From Oscillospiraceae bacterium (GTDB lineage Bacteria; Bacillota; Clostridia; UBA1212; SIG427): a stretch of DNA of 64,000 nucleotides. The stretch covers positions 19,643-83,642 of the forward strand of contig SVJE01000006.1 of the NCBI GenBank assembly GCA_015069135.1. The letters run 5' to 3'. A program made the position numbers and the translations under genes. Under the pieces are notes generated by a model. It saw only the letters and a program-made list of their open reading frames with translations, was not told where the DNA came from and searched no databases. Below are positions 1-9,459 of the stretch, one piece after another (the stretch's first letter is position 1; every line of letters starts with the position of its first letter).

Positions 1-177
1 ATCATTGATAAGTATGGTGATAATCCTATTTCTATGCGAGATGCTGGAATCGTATATGCTGCCCAGCAGATTTCAGATTTGATAGCCAATGGGGTGAAGG
101 GAATACATCTTTACACAATGAACAATCCTGCAGTGGCAAGAAAAATAACACTTTTAATTGAAAATTTGATGGAGTAA
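1..177 (+). CDS. metF: Methylenetetrahydrofolate reductase, C-terminal fragment (5' end outside window)
   Basis: In-frame translation ends ...GVKGIHLYTMNNPAVARKITLLIENLME*, a MetF-like C-terminus. It lies directly upstream of metH. Confidence 0.55.
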   Translation: MIDKYGDNPISMRDAGIVYAAQQISDLIANGVKGIHLYTMNNPAVARKITLLIENLME

Positions 178-187
178 GTATAACAGT

Positions 188-1498
188 ATGAAACGCTTTG
201 TATGCTTTGGCTTAAGTTTACTGCTCCTCTTAAGTATTTCTTTTGAAACTCCTGTTATGGCCAAAAGTCCTTTGATGACTTTTGCCATAATGAGTGATAC
301 CCATATTGGAGGAGAAAAGCATATAGACAATAATAGTTTAATATTAAAGCGTGGACTTGAAGATATAAGGTCATATGAGGGAAGTACGGATGCTCTTATT
401 ATTGCGGGAGATTTAACCGACAAAGGTAAAGCATCAGAGTATGAAAATTTTAGAAGAGTGCTTTCAGGCTCACCAATAGATGAGATTTATCTTGTTATGG
501 GAAACCACGATGCCGGTCGAGATCTTACCGGAGGCTATGAAGAAGCTTTTGATAAATTTAAAAAATATTGTAGTGGATATGGTATAGATTCAGATGCCCG
601 GGTTCCTTATTATGATACATGGATAAAAGGGTATCATTTTATATTTTTATGTACCGAGGATGACACACCGGACAAGGCGTATATTTCAGAAACACAACTG
701 AAATGGTTTGAAGCACGATTGGCAGAAAATGCTGAGCTGTACAAACCAATTTTTGTAATCAGTCATAATCCTTTAAAAAATACTTTTACAAGAACGCACA
801 AAGATAATGAAAATATTGGACCACAGAGCGATCAAATTAAAGCATTGATTGAAAAATATCCTCAGGTAATATTCATGAGCGGGCATGTACATAATGGTTT
901 TGGATATTTGTCCCAATATATAAACGAAGAAAAAGGTGCATTTGTCAACATTCCTCCTGTTATAGGTGCTGATTACGGTTATGAAGCAGATTCTGTAATG
1001 TACTATACGGAGGTTTATAAAGACAAAGTTGTATTCAGAGCCCGGGATTTTGGAAAGGGTGTCTGGTTAGATCATTTTGATATTGTAGTAGCACTGAATA
1101 GGCCTGTTTATGAAGAATTTGCTCTTAAAGAAACATCTGACTATCGCCCCAGAGGCAGTTATGTAGTGGGGGTAAAATCAAAAACAAACGTTAAGGAATT
1201 TCTTTCAAATTTCAGTTATGCAGAATCTTTGGTGTGTGAGGTTTCGGATAATTTTATTGGCACAGGGGATAAACTGTTTAACAAAAAAAGAAAAAGGAGT
1301 ATAATTGCCATTATAGATGGCGATGTGGATGGCAATGGTATAATTACCACGAAAGATTATTTTGCTGTAAAACGCGCCGTTTATAATAAGGTGGGTGATT
1401 TTAAACCATGGGGAAAATATGCTGCAGACGCTGACAATGATGGTTGCATTTCATTTTACGATTGCCTTATAATTAAAAGAAAATTTTTAGAGGTATAA
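188..1498 (+). CDS. Secreted calcineurin-like metallophosphoesterase with C-terminal dockerin
   Basis: Signal peptide. Phosphoesterase motifs MSDTHIG, IAGDLTDKG, GNHD and SGHVHNG. C-terminal DGDVDGNGIITTKDY...DADNDGCISFYD matches a type I dockerin duplicated calcium-binding loop. Confidence 0.75.
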   Translation: MKRFVCFGLSLLLLLSISFETPVMAKSPLMTFAIMSDTHIGGEKHIDNNSLILKRGLEDIRSYEGSTDALIIAGDLTDKGKASEYENFRRVLSGSPIDEIYLVMGNHDAGRDLTGGYEEAFDKFKKYCSGYGIDSDARVPYYDTWIKGYHFIFLCTEDDTPDKAYISETQLKWFEARLAENAELYKPIFVISHNPLKNTFTRTHKDNENIGPQSDQIKALIEKYPQVIFMSGHVHNGFGYLSQYINEEKGAFVNIPPVIGADYGYEADSVMYYTEVYKDKVVFRARDFGKGVWLDHFDIVVALNRPVYEEFALKETSDYRPRGSYVVGVKSKTNVKEFLSNFSYAESLVCEVSDNFIGTGDKLFNKKRKRSIIAIIDGDVDGNGIITTKDYFAVKRAVYNKVGDFKPWGKYAADADNDGCISFYDCLIIKRKFLEV

Positions 1499-1503
1499 TA
1501 ATA

Positions 1504-3828
1504 GTGTTAATTAACAAAAACTTGATTTTTGATGGTGCTATGGGCACCATGATCCAACAAAGCGGAGTGGAGATGGGAGAGAATCCTGAACTTCTTAATT
1601 TTACCCATCCGGAGATAATAATTGAAATACATAGGAAATATATAGCCGCAGGGGCAGATGTGATTACTACAAACACTTTTGGGGCTAATTCCTTTAAGTT
1701 AGCAGGTACAGGCTATACTCCTTGTCAGGTAATTGCTGAAGGTGTAAAGCTGGCATCAGACGCCGGTGCCTCTCTTGTGGCAGCAGATATAGGACCTATC
1801 GGAAAGCTTTTAGAACCTTTAGGAGATCTGACTTTTGACGAAGCTTATGAAGCTTTTAAAGAGCAGGCTGTGGCTGCAGAAAAAGCCGGAGCTGATATTT
1901 TGTTGGTAGAAACTATGACTGACTTAGGGCAGATGCGTGCAGCTCTTTTAGCTTGTAAGGAAAACACAGCACTTCCGGTAATAGGTACAATGAGCTTTGA
2001 AGAAGGTGGACGAACATTTACCGGTTGTTCCATTGAGGTTATGGCCCTTACCATTTCACCATTAGCAGACGCCGTGGGAATTAACTGCTCCTTAGGACCA
2101 AATGAGATGTTGCCAATGGTAGAGCGCCTGGTTAAAGTAACAAATAAGCCAATTTTAATACAGCCTAATGCAGGTCTTCCTTGTTTCGAAAATGGTTGCA
2201 CACACTATCATGTAACACCTGAAGAATTTAAGGAAAGCATGAAAAAAATTGCAGCTCTTGGCGTGGAAATGTTGGGTGGTTGCTGTGGTACAACTCCTGA
2301 TTTCATAGCTGCTATAAAAGATTTAGAGAGAGGCAAAAGGGCGGATAGCGACAGAAAATTAAGCCTTTGTTCTGCCACAAAAGTTGTGGACATAGATGGC
2401 GTCCGCGTTATAGGTGAAAGAATAAACCCTACCGGTAAAAAGCTCTTTAAAGAGGCACTTCGTAACAATGATATGGCATACATTTTACAGCAGGCCGTTT
2501 CTCAGGTTGAAGCAGGAAGCGATATTTTAGATGTAAATGTAGGGCTTCCTGAAATTGATGAGCCGGCCATGATGAAGGCAGTTGTTTCAAATTTGCAGGC
2601 AGTAACTGATTTACCTTTACAGATTGACTCTTCTGACCCTGTGGCCATAGAAGCAGCTCTTCGTATATACAACGGGCGGGCTATAGTAAACTCAGTTAAC
2701 GGTGAGACTAAGGTAATGGAGAATATTTTACCGTTAGTGAAAAAGTACGGTGCTTGCGTGGTCGGACTTACTTTAGACGAAAAGGGAATTCCCCAAAGTG
2801 CAGAGGAACGCCTGGAAATTGCAAAGCGTATTGTGGCTAAAGCAGAAAGTTTTGGAATACCGAGAGAAGATGTGTTTATTGATTGCCTTACTTTAACTGT
2901 TAGTGCACAGCAAAAAGATGCAGCGGAAACCTTAAAAGCAGTTTCGATGGTAAAATCACAGTTAGGACTTAAAACTGTTTTGGGTGTTTCTAATATTTCT
3001 TTTGGTCTGCCAAGACGTGATATTGTAAATGAAACATTTTTAGCTGAAGCTTTAGTTGCTGGTCTTGATTTACCTATAATTAATCCTAATGCAGAGGGCA
3101 TGATGAGCAGAATAGATGCACACAGGGTTTTGTGGGCGCAGGATGCAGGTTGTGTAAAATATGTGGAAAAATATTCAGACAGCACACTTTCCAAGGTTGT
3201 GGCTGTTGACAAAACACCTGACCTGGAGGCTTGTATATTAAAGGGTCTTAAAGATAAAGCATCGACTGCTACTGAAACCTTACTTGAGACAATGAAAGAA
3301 CTTCAAATTGTGGATGAGGTTATAATTCCCACACTCAATAAAGTAGGAGAAGATTATGATAAAGGTAAAATATTTTTACCACAACTGTTACTGGCTGCCG
3401 AAACCGTACAGGAAGCTTTTTCAATAATAAAAAGCAGATTACCGGCGGACACATCCATTAGCAAGGGCACAATTATAATGGCTACAGTGAAAGGGGATAT
3501 TCACGATATAGGTAAAAATATAGTTAAAATTATTCTGGAGAATTACGGATATACTGTAATTGATATGGGAAAAGACGTACCTGCTGAAGCAATTTTGCAG
3601 AAAGCTGAAATGGAAGATGTACGATTAGTTGGTTTAAGTGCTCTTATGACCACAACTGTAAAAAGCATGGCGGATACAATTAATTTACTCAAATGTAACA
3701 AGTCGGATGTGAAAGTAATGGTAGGTGGAGCGGTGTTGACTCCTGAATACGCCAGCGCCATTGGTGCGGACTTCTACGGCAAAGATGCCAAGGCTGCTGT
3801 AGAAATAGCAAATAAGGTTTTTGATTAA
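1504..3828 (+). CDS. metH: Methionine synthase (homocysteine S-methyltransferase + pterin-binding + B12-binding domains; short form lacking activation domain)
   Basis: GTG start. Homocysteine-binding, pterin-binding and C-terminal cobalamin-binding (DIHDIGKNIV, MVGGA) regions are recognisable. Length is 774 aa. Confidence 0.85.
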   Translation: MLINKNLIFDGAMGTMIQQSGVEMGENPELLNFTHPEIIIEIHRKYIAAGADVITTNTFGANSFKLAGTGYTPCQVIAEGVKLASDAGASLVAADIGPIGKLLEPLGDLTFDEAYEAFKEQAVAAEKAGADILLVETMTDLGQMRAALLACKENTALPVIGTMSFEEGGRTFTGCSIEVMALTISPLADAVGINCSLGPNEMLPMVERLVKVTNKPILIQPNAGLPCFENGCTHYHVTPEEFKESMKKIAALGVEMLGGCCGTTPDFIAAIKDLERGKRADSDRKLSLCSATKVVDIDGVRVIGERINPTGKKLFKEALRNNDMAYILQQAVSQVEAGSDILDVNVGLPEIDEPAMMKAVVSNLQAVTDLPLQIDSSDPVAIEAALRIYNGRAIVNSVNGETKVMENILPLVKKYGACVVGLTLDEKGIPQSAEERLEIAKRIVAKAESFGIPREDVFIDCLTLTVSAQQKDAAETLKAVSMVKSQLGLKTVLGVSNISFGLPRRDIVNETFLAEALVAGLDLPIINPNAEGMMSRIDAHRVLWAQDAGCVKYVEKYSDSTLSKVVAVDKTPDLEACILKGLKDKASTATETLLETMKELQIVDEVIIPTLNKVGEDYDKGKIFLPQLLLAAETVQEAFSIIKSRLPADTSISKGTIIMATVKGDIHDIGKNIVKIILENYGYTVIDMGKDVPAEAILQKAEMEDVRLVGLSALMTTTVKSMADTINLLKCNKSDVKVMVGGAVLTPEYASAIGADFYGKDAKAAVEIANKVFD

Positions 3829-3837
3829 GAGGGTGAA

Positions 3838-4398
3838 ATGAAAGATAAGATGAGAAAAGTTCTGCAACTTTTTTTAGTGTTTTTTAAAATCGGTGCTTTC
3901 ACATTCGGTGGTGGTTATGCTATGATTCCTCTTATACAAAAAGAAGTTGTAGATAATAAAAAGTGGATAACAGATGATGATATTTTGGAAATTATTGCTA
4001 TTGCGGAAAGCACACCGGGGCCTATTGCTATTAACTCTGCAACTTTTGTAGGTTACAGAACCTGTGGCTTTTTTGGAGCATTTTTTGCTACATTAGGTGT
4101 TGTGCTTCCGTCTTTTGTGGTTATCTTACTGATTTCTTTTGTTTTGAGAGAGTTCCAGAACTTAAAGGCCGTAAAATATGCTTTTAATGGTATAAGGGCA
4201 GGTGTGTTGGCACTTCTTATTAAGGCTTTGTGGGGTATGTACAAAAAATGTCCTAAAGGCTGGGTTTCTTATGTGATAATTGGTACAGCTTTTGTAGTGG
4301 TAGCTTTCTTAAAGATTAATGTTCTTTATGTGATTATAGGCTGTGCTGCATTCGGTCTTGTTACTTCTCTTGTTGCAGAAAGGAGGAGCAGGACATGA
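3838..4398 (+). CDS. chrA: Chromate transporter (CHR family) half-size subunit
   Basis: FKIGAFTFGGGYAMIPLIQ and ESTPGP CHR motifs. Polytopic membrane protein. Confidence 0.8.
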   Translation: MKDKMRKVLQLFLVFFKIGAFTFGGGYAMIPLIQKEVVDNKKWITDDDILEIIAIAESTPGPIAINSATFVGYRTCGFFGAFFATLGVVLPSFVVILLISFVLREFQNLKAVKYAFNGIRAGVLALLIKALWGMYKKCPKGWVSYVIIGTAFVVVAFLKINVLYVIIGCAAFGLVTSLVAERRSRT

Positions 4399-4982
4399 TA
4401 TTCCTAGAATTGTTTCTTACGTTCTTAAAAATAGGAGCTTTTACATTTGGTGGTGGTTATGCAATGCTTCCTCTAATTCAGGAAGCGGTTTTAGCGCGTG
4501 GCTGGATTGATGAAACTTCTCTTATTAATTTTATTGCTGTAAGTGAAAGCACACCGGGCCCTTTTGCTATAAATATGGCTACTTATGTAGGTTCTGAAGT
4601 TGGTGGGGATTATGGCCTTTTAGGAACTGTTTTTGGTTCTTTTTGTGCAACTTTAGGGGTTGTGCTTCCGTCTTTTGTAATTATTCTTATAGTTGCAAAA
4701 ATATATGATATGTTTAAGAAAAGCAAAATTGTGAAAGGATGCATGACCGGTCTTAAACCTGCTGTCATTGGTCTTATCGGAGCAGCTATTGTTTCTGTTG
4801 CTCAGACTGTGTTTGTGCCGACCGGTTTTTCCTTGGCAATATTTGCTTCGCCGCTTCTTTATGTTTCTTTGTGTATATCAGCAGGATCATTAGTCATGGC
4901 ATTTAAGAAGGTTCATCCTATTGTTATAATATGTATTTCTGCGGCAATAGGTATTGCCACAGGATATATTTTTGAATTTTAG
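4395..4982 (+). CDS. chrA: Chromate transporter (CHR family) second half-size subunit
   Basis: Paralogous LKIGAFTFGGGYAMLPLIQ and ESTPGP motifs. Overlaps the previous gene by 4 nt (ATGA). Confidence 0.8.
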   Translation: MIFLELFLTFLKIGAFTFGGGYAMLPLIQEAVLARGWIDETSLINFIAVSESTPGPFAINMATYVGSEVGGDYGLLGTVFGSFCATLGVVLPSFVIILIVAKIYDMFKKSKIVKGCMTGLKPAVIGLIGAAIVSVAQTVFVPTGFSLAIFASPLLYVSLCISAGSLVMAFKKVHPIVIICISAAIGIATGYIFEF

Positions 4983-5000
4983 TTTATATCATTAGTTAAC

Positions 5001-5028
5001 ACCACGGTATTTGCCGTGGCTTTTTTGT
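5001..5028 (+). terminator. Rho-independent terminator after chrA pair
   Basis: Hairpin CCACGG-tatttg-CCGTGG followed by TTTTTTGTTT. Confidence 0.7.
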
Positions 5029-5067
5029 TTATACAGAGGTTAAAATGATATAAAATAAAAGAAAGAA

Positions 5068-5115
5068 ACACAATATATTGTGTTTGTGAAAAAATAAATA
5101 ATCAATATTTTGTGC
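5068..5115 (+). promoter_or_regulatory. Tandem NrdR boxes
   Basis: Perfect 16-bp palindrome ACACAATATATTGTGT at 5068-5083. A second imperfect copy AATCAATATTTTGTGC at 5100-5115. The 32-bp offset equals three helical turns, as is typical of NrdR operators upstream of nrd genes. Confidence 0.7.
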
Positions 5116-5123
5116 ACGAACTG

Positions 5124-5152
5124 TTGACAGCCTTGTTTCAGGGTGTTATACT
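5124..5152 (+). promoter_or_regulatory. Sigma-A type promoter for nrdD
   Basis: TTGACA, 17-bp spacer, TATACT, about 85 nt upstream of the nrdD ATG. AGGAGA RBS at 5225. Confidence 0.55.
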
Positions 5153-5238
5153 TCAAAGTACTTAAGTATTAAACTGGTGGCTGATGTCTGTGCCGCCTTG
5201 AATGTGAAAATAAATATTTACAAGAGGAGAAAACGGTT

Positions 5239-7608
5239 ATGTACAAAGTTATCAAACGTGACGGTAAAGTTGTGGACTTTAACCTGTCAAAAATCAGCGA
5301 AGCTATTACAAAGGCTTTTGAAGCAATTGACAAGCAATACAATCAGGACATTATTGATTTATTGGCTCTTAAAGTTACCTCCGACTACGAAAAGAAAGTT
5401 CAGGACGGTTTAGTATCTGTGGAAGCAATTCAGGACAGCGTAGAGGATGTATTGGTACAGGCAGGTTATGCAGATGTAGCAAAATGTTATATCCTTTACA
5501 GAAAACAGAGAGAAAAAATAAGAAACATGAAGTCTACAATTCTTGACTACAAGGAATTGGTAGATAGCTATGTGCATCTTACTGACTGGAGGGTTAAGGA
5601 AAATTCTACAGTTACATATTCAGTTGGTGGACTTATTTTATCTAACTCAGGTGCAATAACTGCCAACTACTGGCTTTCTCAGATTTATGATGAAGAAATA
5701 GGAAAGGCCCACAAAGAAGCTGATATTCATATACATGACTTGTCCATGCTTACAGGTTATTGTGCAGGATGGTCTCTTAAACAGCTTATTCAGGAAGGTT
5801 TAGGTGGTATTTCAGGTAAGATTACATCTGCACCTGCTAGTCATCTGGCAACCCTTTGTAATCAAATGGTTAACTTCCTGGGTATTATGCAGAATGAATG
5901 GGCAGGAGCACAGGCATTCTCTTCTTTTGATACATATCTGGCACCTTTTGTTAAGGTAGATAATCTATCATATACGCAGGTTAAAAAATGCATAGAATCC
6001 TTTATTTACGGTGTAAATACTCCCAGTCGTTGGGGTACACAGGCTCCATTCTCCAACATCACATTAGACTGGACAGTTCCTGCAGACTTGGCAGAACTTA
6101 ATGCTATTGTGGGCGGAAAGGAAATGGACTTTAAGTACAAAGATTGTAAGAAAGAAATGGATATGATCAACAAGGCCTTTATTGAGGTTATGATTGAAGG
6201 TGATGCTAACGGCAGAGGCTTCCAGTATCCTATCCCTACATACTCAATTACAAGTAACTTTGATTGGTCTGAAACAGAGAACAACAAGCTTCTCTTTGAG
6301 ATGACATCAAAGTATGGTACACCTTACTTCTCTAACTACATTAACAGTGATATGGAGCCAAGTGATGTAAGAAGTATGTGTTGCCGTCTACGTCTTGACT
6401 TAAGAGAACTTCGAAAGAAATCCGGTGGCTTCTTTGGTAGTGGTGAGAGCACGGGTAGTGTTGGTGTTGTAACTATTAATATGCCTAGAATTGCTTACCT
6501 GGCTGAAAACGAAGAAGCATTTTACAAGAGACTTGATAAAATGATGGATATAGCTGCAAGATCTCTTAAGACAAAGAGAACAATTATATCCAAGCTTTTA
6601 GATGAAGGTCTGTATCCATATACAAAGCGTTATCTTGGAAACTTTGACAGCCACTTCTCCACAATCGGTCTGGTAGGTATGAACGAAGCTTGTTTAAATG
6701 CTAAGTGGATAGGTCAGGATTTAACAAACGAAAAGGCTCAGAAATTTACTCAGGATGTTCTTAACCATATGAGAGAAAGACTTTCTGACTATCAGGAAAT
6801 GTACGGTGACCTCTACAACTTGGAAGCAACACCTGCAGAGTCCACATCTTATCGTCTTGCAAAACATGATGTTAAGAAGTACCCTGACATTATTACAGCT
6901 TCTGAAGGAGATGATACACCTTACTATACCAACAGCTCACACTTACCAGTTGGCTATACTGAGGATATTTTTGAAGCTCTTGATATTCAGGATGAATTAC
7001 AGACTCTTTACACATCGGGTACAGTATTCCATGCATTCTTGGGTGAAAAGCTTCCTACGTGGCAGGCTGCTGCGACATTGATCCGTAAAATTGCAGAGAA
7101 CTATAAGCTTCCTTACTATACATTATCGCCAACATATTCAGTGTGTAAGAATCATGGTTACATAACCGGGGAAGTATATGAGTGTCCTGAATGTGGAGAA
7201 AAAACAGAAGTTTATAGCCGTATTACAGGTTACTATCGTCCTGTTCAGAACTGGAATGATGGTAAGACTCAGGAGTTCAAGCACAGAAAGCTTTACGATA
7301 TTGCCAACTCCAAATTAAAGAGAGAGGGCAGACCTGTAGAGAAAATTGATGTAACTCCCGCTTGTAACTGCAATGAAAGTGTAACACTTCTTTTTACCAC
7401 CAAGACTTGTCCTAACTGTAAAATGGCTAAATCCTTCCTGGATAAAGCAGGCGTAAACTACAAAGTCGTTGATGCCGAAGAAGAACCTGAATTGGTTAAG
7501 CAGTTTGGAATTACCCAGGCGCCTACATTAATTGTAGCAGAAGGGGAAAACTATGATAAGTATGTAAATGCTTCTAACATTAAGAGATTTACGGAGAATT
7601 GCGGTTAA
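5239..7608 (+). CDS. nrdD: Anaerobic ribonucleoside-triphosphate reductase (class III) with C-terminal glutaredoxin/NrdH-like domain
   Basis: N-terminal ATP-cone. Zn-ribbon CKNHG...CPECG. Glycyl-radical motif SRITGYY. An extra ~100 aa follows: LFTTKTCPNCKMAK...TQAPTLIV, i.e. a CxxC thioredoxin fold with a cis-Pro strand. Confidence 0.9.
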   Translation: MYKVIKRDGKVVDFNLSKISEAITKAFEAIDKQYNQDIIDLLALKVTSDYEKKVQDGLVSVEAIQDSVEDVLVQAGYADVAKCYILYRKQREKIRNMKSTILDYKELVDSYVHLTDWRVKENSTVTYSVGGLILSNSGAITANYWLSQIYDEEIGKAHKEADIHIHDLSMLTGYCAGWSLKQLIQEGLGGISGKITSAPASHLATLCNQMVNFLGIMQNEWAGAQAFSSFDTYLAPFVKVDNLSYTQVKKCIESFIYGVNTPSRWGTQAPFSNITLDWTVPADLAELNAIVGGKEMDFKYKDCKKEMDMINKAFIEVMIEGDANGRGFQYPIPTYSITSNFDWSETENNKLLFEMTSKYGTPYFSNYINSDMEPSDVRSMCCRLRLDLRELRKKSGGFFGSGESTGSVGVVTINMPRIAYLAENEEAFYKRLDKMMDIAARSLKTKRTIISKLLDEGLYPYTKRYLGNFDSHFSTIGLVGMNEACLNAKWIGQDLTNEKAQKFTQDVLNHMRERLSDYQEMYGDLYNLEATPAESTSYRLAKHDVKKYPDIITASEGDDTPYYTNSSHLPVGYTEDIFEALDIQDELQTLYTSGTVFHAFLGEKLPTWQAAATLIRKIAENYKLPYYTLSPTYSVCKNHGYITGEVYECPECGEKTEVYSRITGYYRPVQNWNDGKTQEFKHRKLYDIANSKLKREGRPVEKIDVTPACNCNESVTLLFTTKTCPNCKMAKSFLDKAGVNYKVVDAEEEPELVKQFGITQAPTLIVAEGENYDKYVNASNIKRFTENCG

Positions 7609-7612
7609 TAAA

Positions 7613-8527
7613 ATGATGTATGATATTTTAATTGTTGGTGGAGGCTGTGCAGGATTGACAGCCTCCATATACGGTGCGAGAGCCGGTATGAAAGTTTTGG
7701 TTATAGAGGGAAGCTCCATAGGTGGACAGATCAGTTCATCACCAAAGGTGGAAAATTATCCGGGCTTTATGGAAATAAGCGGTATGGAATTTTCAGACCG
7801 CTTGTATGAGCAGGCTATGAACTTAGGTGTAACTCTTGAATTTGACACGATACAGAAAGCTGAAAAACTTAATGAAGGTTTTAAGCTTACCGGTGAGTAT
7901 GGCGAATATGAAGGTAAGAGTCTTATAATTGCTACAGGGGCCAAACACAGACATTTGGGAGTCCCCGGGGAAGAAGAGCTTTCCGGCAAAGGCGTTTCCT
8001 ATTGTGCTGTGTGCGACGGTGCATTTTATCGGGGGAAAATTGTAGCTGTTATAGGTGGTGGCAGCAGTGCTTTACAAAGTGCTGAGCTTATGGCAGGCTA
8101 CTGTGAAAAGGTTTACCTTATTCATCGGCGTGACGAATTTCGAGGTGAAACTGCTTTGGCAGAGCGCCTTAAAACGAAAGAAAATGTGGAGTTTTTACTT
8201 TCTTCTGTCGTTGAAGAATTTGTAGCAGGGGAAGACGGAAAGTTGGATACGTTAAAGGTAAAATGTCTGATTTCCGGTAGTGTTTCTGACGTGGTTGTAA
8301 ACGGTGCCTTTATTTCCGTTGGTCAGCAGCCTGATAACGAAGTTTTTAAAGATCTTGTATCTTTGGACAGCACAGGTTTTGTAGTGGCAGGAGAGGACTG
8401 TAAGACTACCTGTGAAGGTGTGTGGTGTGCAGGAGACTGCAGAACCAAGGCCATAAGGCAACTTTCCACAGCGGCGGCTGATGGTACTGTGGCAGCATTA
8501 AGTGCAGCCGAGTATTTAAGAGGATAA
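7613..8527 (+). CDS. trxB: Thioredoxin-disulfide reductase
   Basis: FAD motif IVGGGCAG, redox-active CAVC, NADPH motif GGGSSA. Start chosen at ATG 7613 (MMYDIL) rather than the upstream in-frame TTG that would overlap nrdD. Confidence 0.85.
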   Translation: MMYDILIVGGGCAGLTASIYGARAGMKVLVIEGSSIGGQISSSPKVENYPGFMEISGMEFSDRLYEQAMNLGVTLEFDTIQKAEKLNEGFKLTGEYGEYEGKSLIIATGAKHRHLGVPGEEELSGKGVSYCAVCDGAFYRGKIVAVIGGGSSALQSAELMAGYCEKVYLIHRRDEFRGETALAERLKTKENVEFLLSSVVEEFVAGEDGKLDTLKVKCLISGSVSDVVVNGAFISVGQQPDNEVFKDLVSLDSTGFVVAGEDCKTTCEGVWCAGDCRTKAIRQLSTAAADGTVAALSAAEYLRG

Positions 8528-8537
8528 AAATAAAAGT

Positions 8538-8578
8538 TGTCCGGAGAGATTTTAAAAATCTTTCCGGATTCTTTTATT
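8538..8578 (+). terminator. Rho-independent terminator after trxB
   Basis: TCCGGAGAGATTTT/AAAATCTTTCCGGA hairpin followed by a T-rich run. Confidence 0.7.
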
Positions 8579-8697
8579 GTTACCTTTTGTAAGAGTATCA
8601 CGTCTGGAATAAATATAAGGACAATAAGTTTTCTGGGAGGGGCTCTTCTTGCGATATGATTCGGGAGAAAATAACCAATATTATTGATTGAGGATAA

Positions 8698-9177
8698 TTA
8701 ATTATACACACCATCAATATGAATATATCTGATATTTCCGTATGTATAAGAGGACAATGGTCTGTCTAAGGCATCAAAACTATGTGCGGTGACCAGTGTT
8801 TTAGGCGTGGTTTCAGTTATAACGGAAGTATGGTAGAATGTTCCGCTTCCTGTGCCAAGTTGTACTATGTCTCCGGGCTGAACTTGATTTCTGCTTACAA
8901 CATGACCGAAGGGTCCCGGCCCTTTGTTTTTTGTAAGAAACTCATAAAGATAATTTACTCCTGTCCAGGCTGCGGTACGGTCTTCTGTATTACGATAATA
9001 CCAACCGGTTATTTTTGTGTAATTCATTACACCTGCACCTGCATAAATGCATTGTGAAGCAAAATTTGTGCAGTCTCCGCCAATTTTTTCGAAATCATAA
9101 TATTTTGAGTTTCTGTCCAGAGCCCACCTACGGGCATAAGCAACAGCTGAATAACGGTTGTAGGGTGTCTCGTACAT
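8698..9177 (-). CDS. Putative amidase-domain protein (papain-like Cys/His fold, Amidase_6-like)
   Basis: GGDCTNFASQC and YHTSVI motifs resemble the 'putative amidase domain' family. 159 aa, no signal peptide. Confidence 0.45.
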   Translation of the reverse strand: MYETPYNRYSAVAYARRWALDRNSKYYDFEKIGGDCTNFASQCIYAGAGVMNYTKITGWYYRNTEDRTAAWTGVNYLYEFLTKNKGPGPFGHVVSRNQVQPGDIVQLGTGSGTFYHTSVITETTPKTLVTAHSFDALDRPLSSYTYGNIRYIHIDGVYN

Positions 9178-9411
9178 ATTAAACCTCCTGTCTGTTAATA
9201 TGTATATGTAGGTGAGGATGGATTATTAATTACGATGAGAAAGTTCGCAACAGTGAGAAAAACGGAGTTTGTGGTGGGGTTGAGAAAAAGTCATCGACGA
9301 ACATATATGTTTTGGTAAAATGTCGGCGAGTTCTGAAAAAAGTCGCCGGAAAAGTTTGATTTTACCTTATCTGTCGGCGAGTTTACAATAATATCAGTAT
9401 TTTTGTAAAAA

Positions 9412-9442
9412 CAAAAAGCCGCGAAACCGCGGCCTTTTGATA
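9412..9442. terminator. Bidirectional hairpin terminator
   Basis: GCCGCG-aaa-CCGCGGC flanked by an A-run and a T-run. Lies at the 3' end of the minus-strand ABC operon. Confidence 0.6.
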
Positions 9443-9459
9443 ATTCTTATCAGCTTATA

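Noticed and set aside
2502-3212. 236-aa antisense ORF inside metH. Similar long antisense ORFs occur at 29950-30516 in the CPA2 gene, 58155-58889 in proA and 53831-54262 in spoIVA.
   Set aside because: Each lies entirely within a well-supported gene on the opposite strand. The translations are low-complexity Ser/Ala/Thr-rich and lack an RBS. Their length is explained by stop-codon depletion opposite the sense frame.
5177-5413. 78-aa ORF upstream of and overlapping the nrdD start
   Set aside because: It is out of frame with nrdD and overlaps the promoter and RBS. nrdD has a proper RBS at 5225.
7568-7612. Upstream extension of trxB proposed by the ORF track (TTG start overlapping nrdD)
   Set aside because: ATG 7613 gives the canonical MMYDILIVGGG FAD-binding N-terminus. 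The extension would overlap the nrdD coding end by 41 nt.
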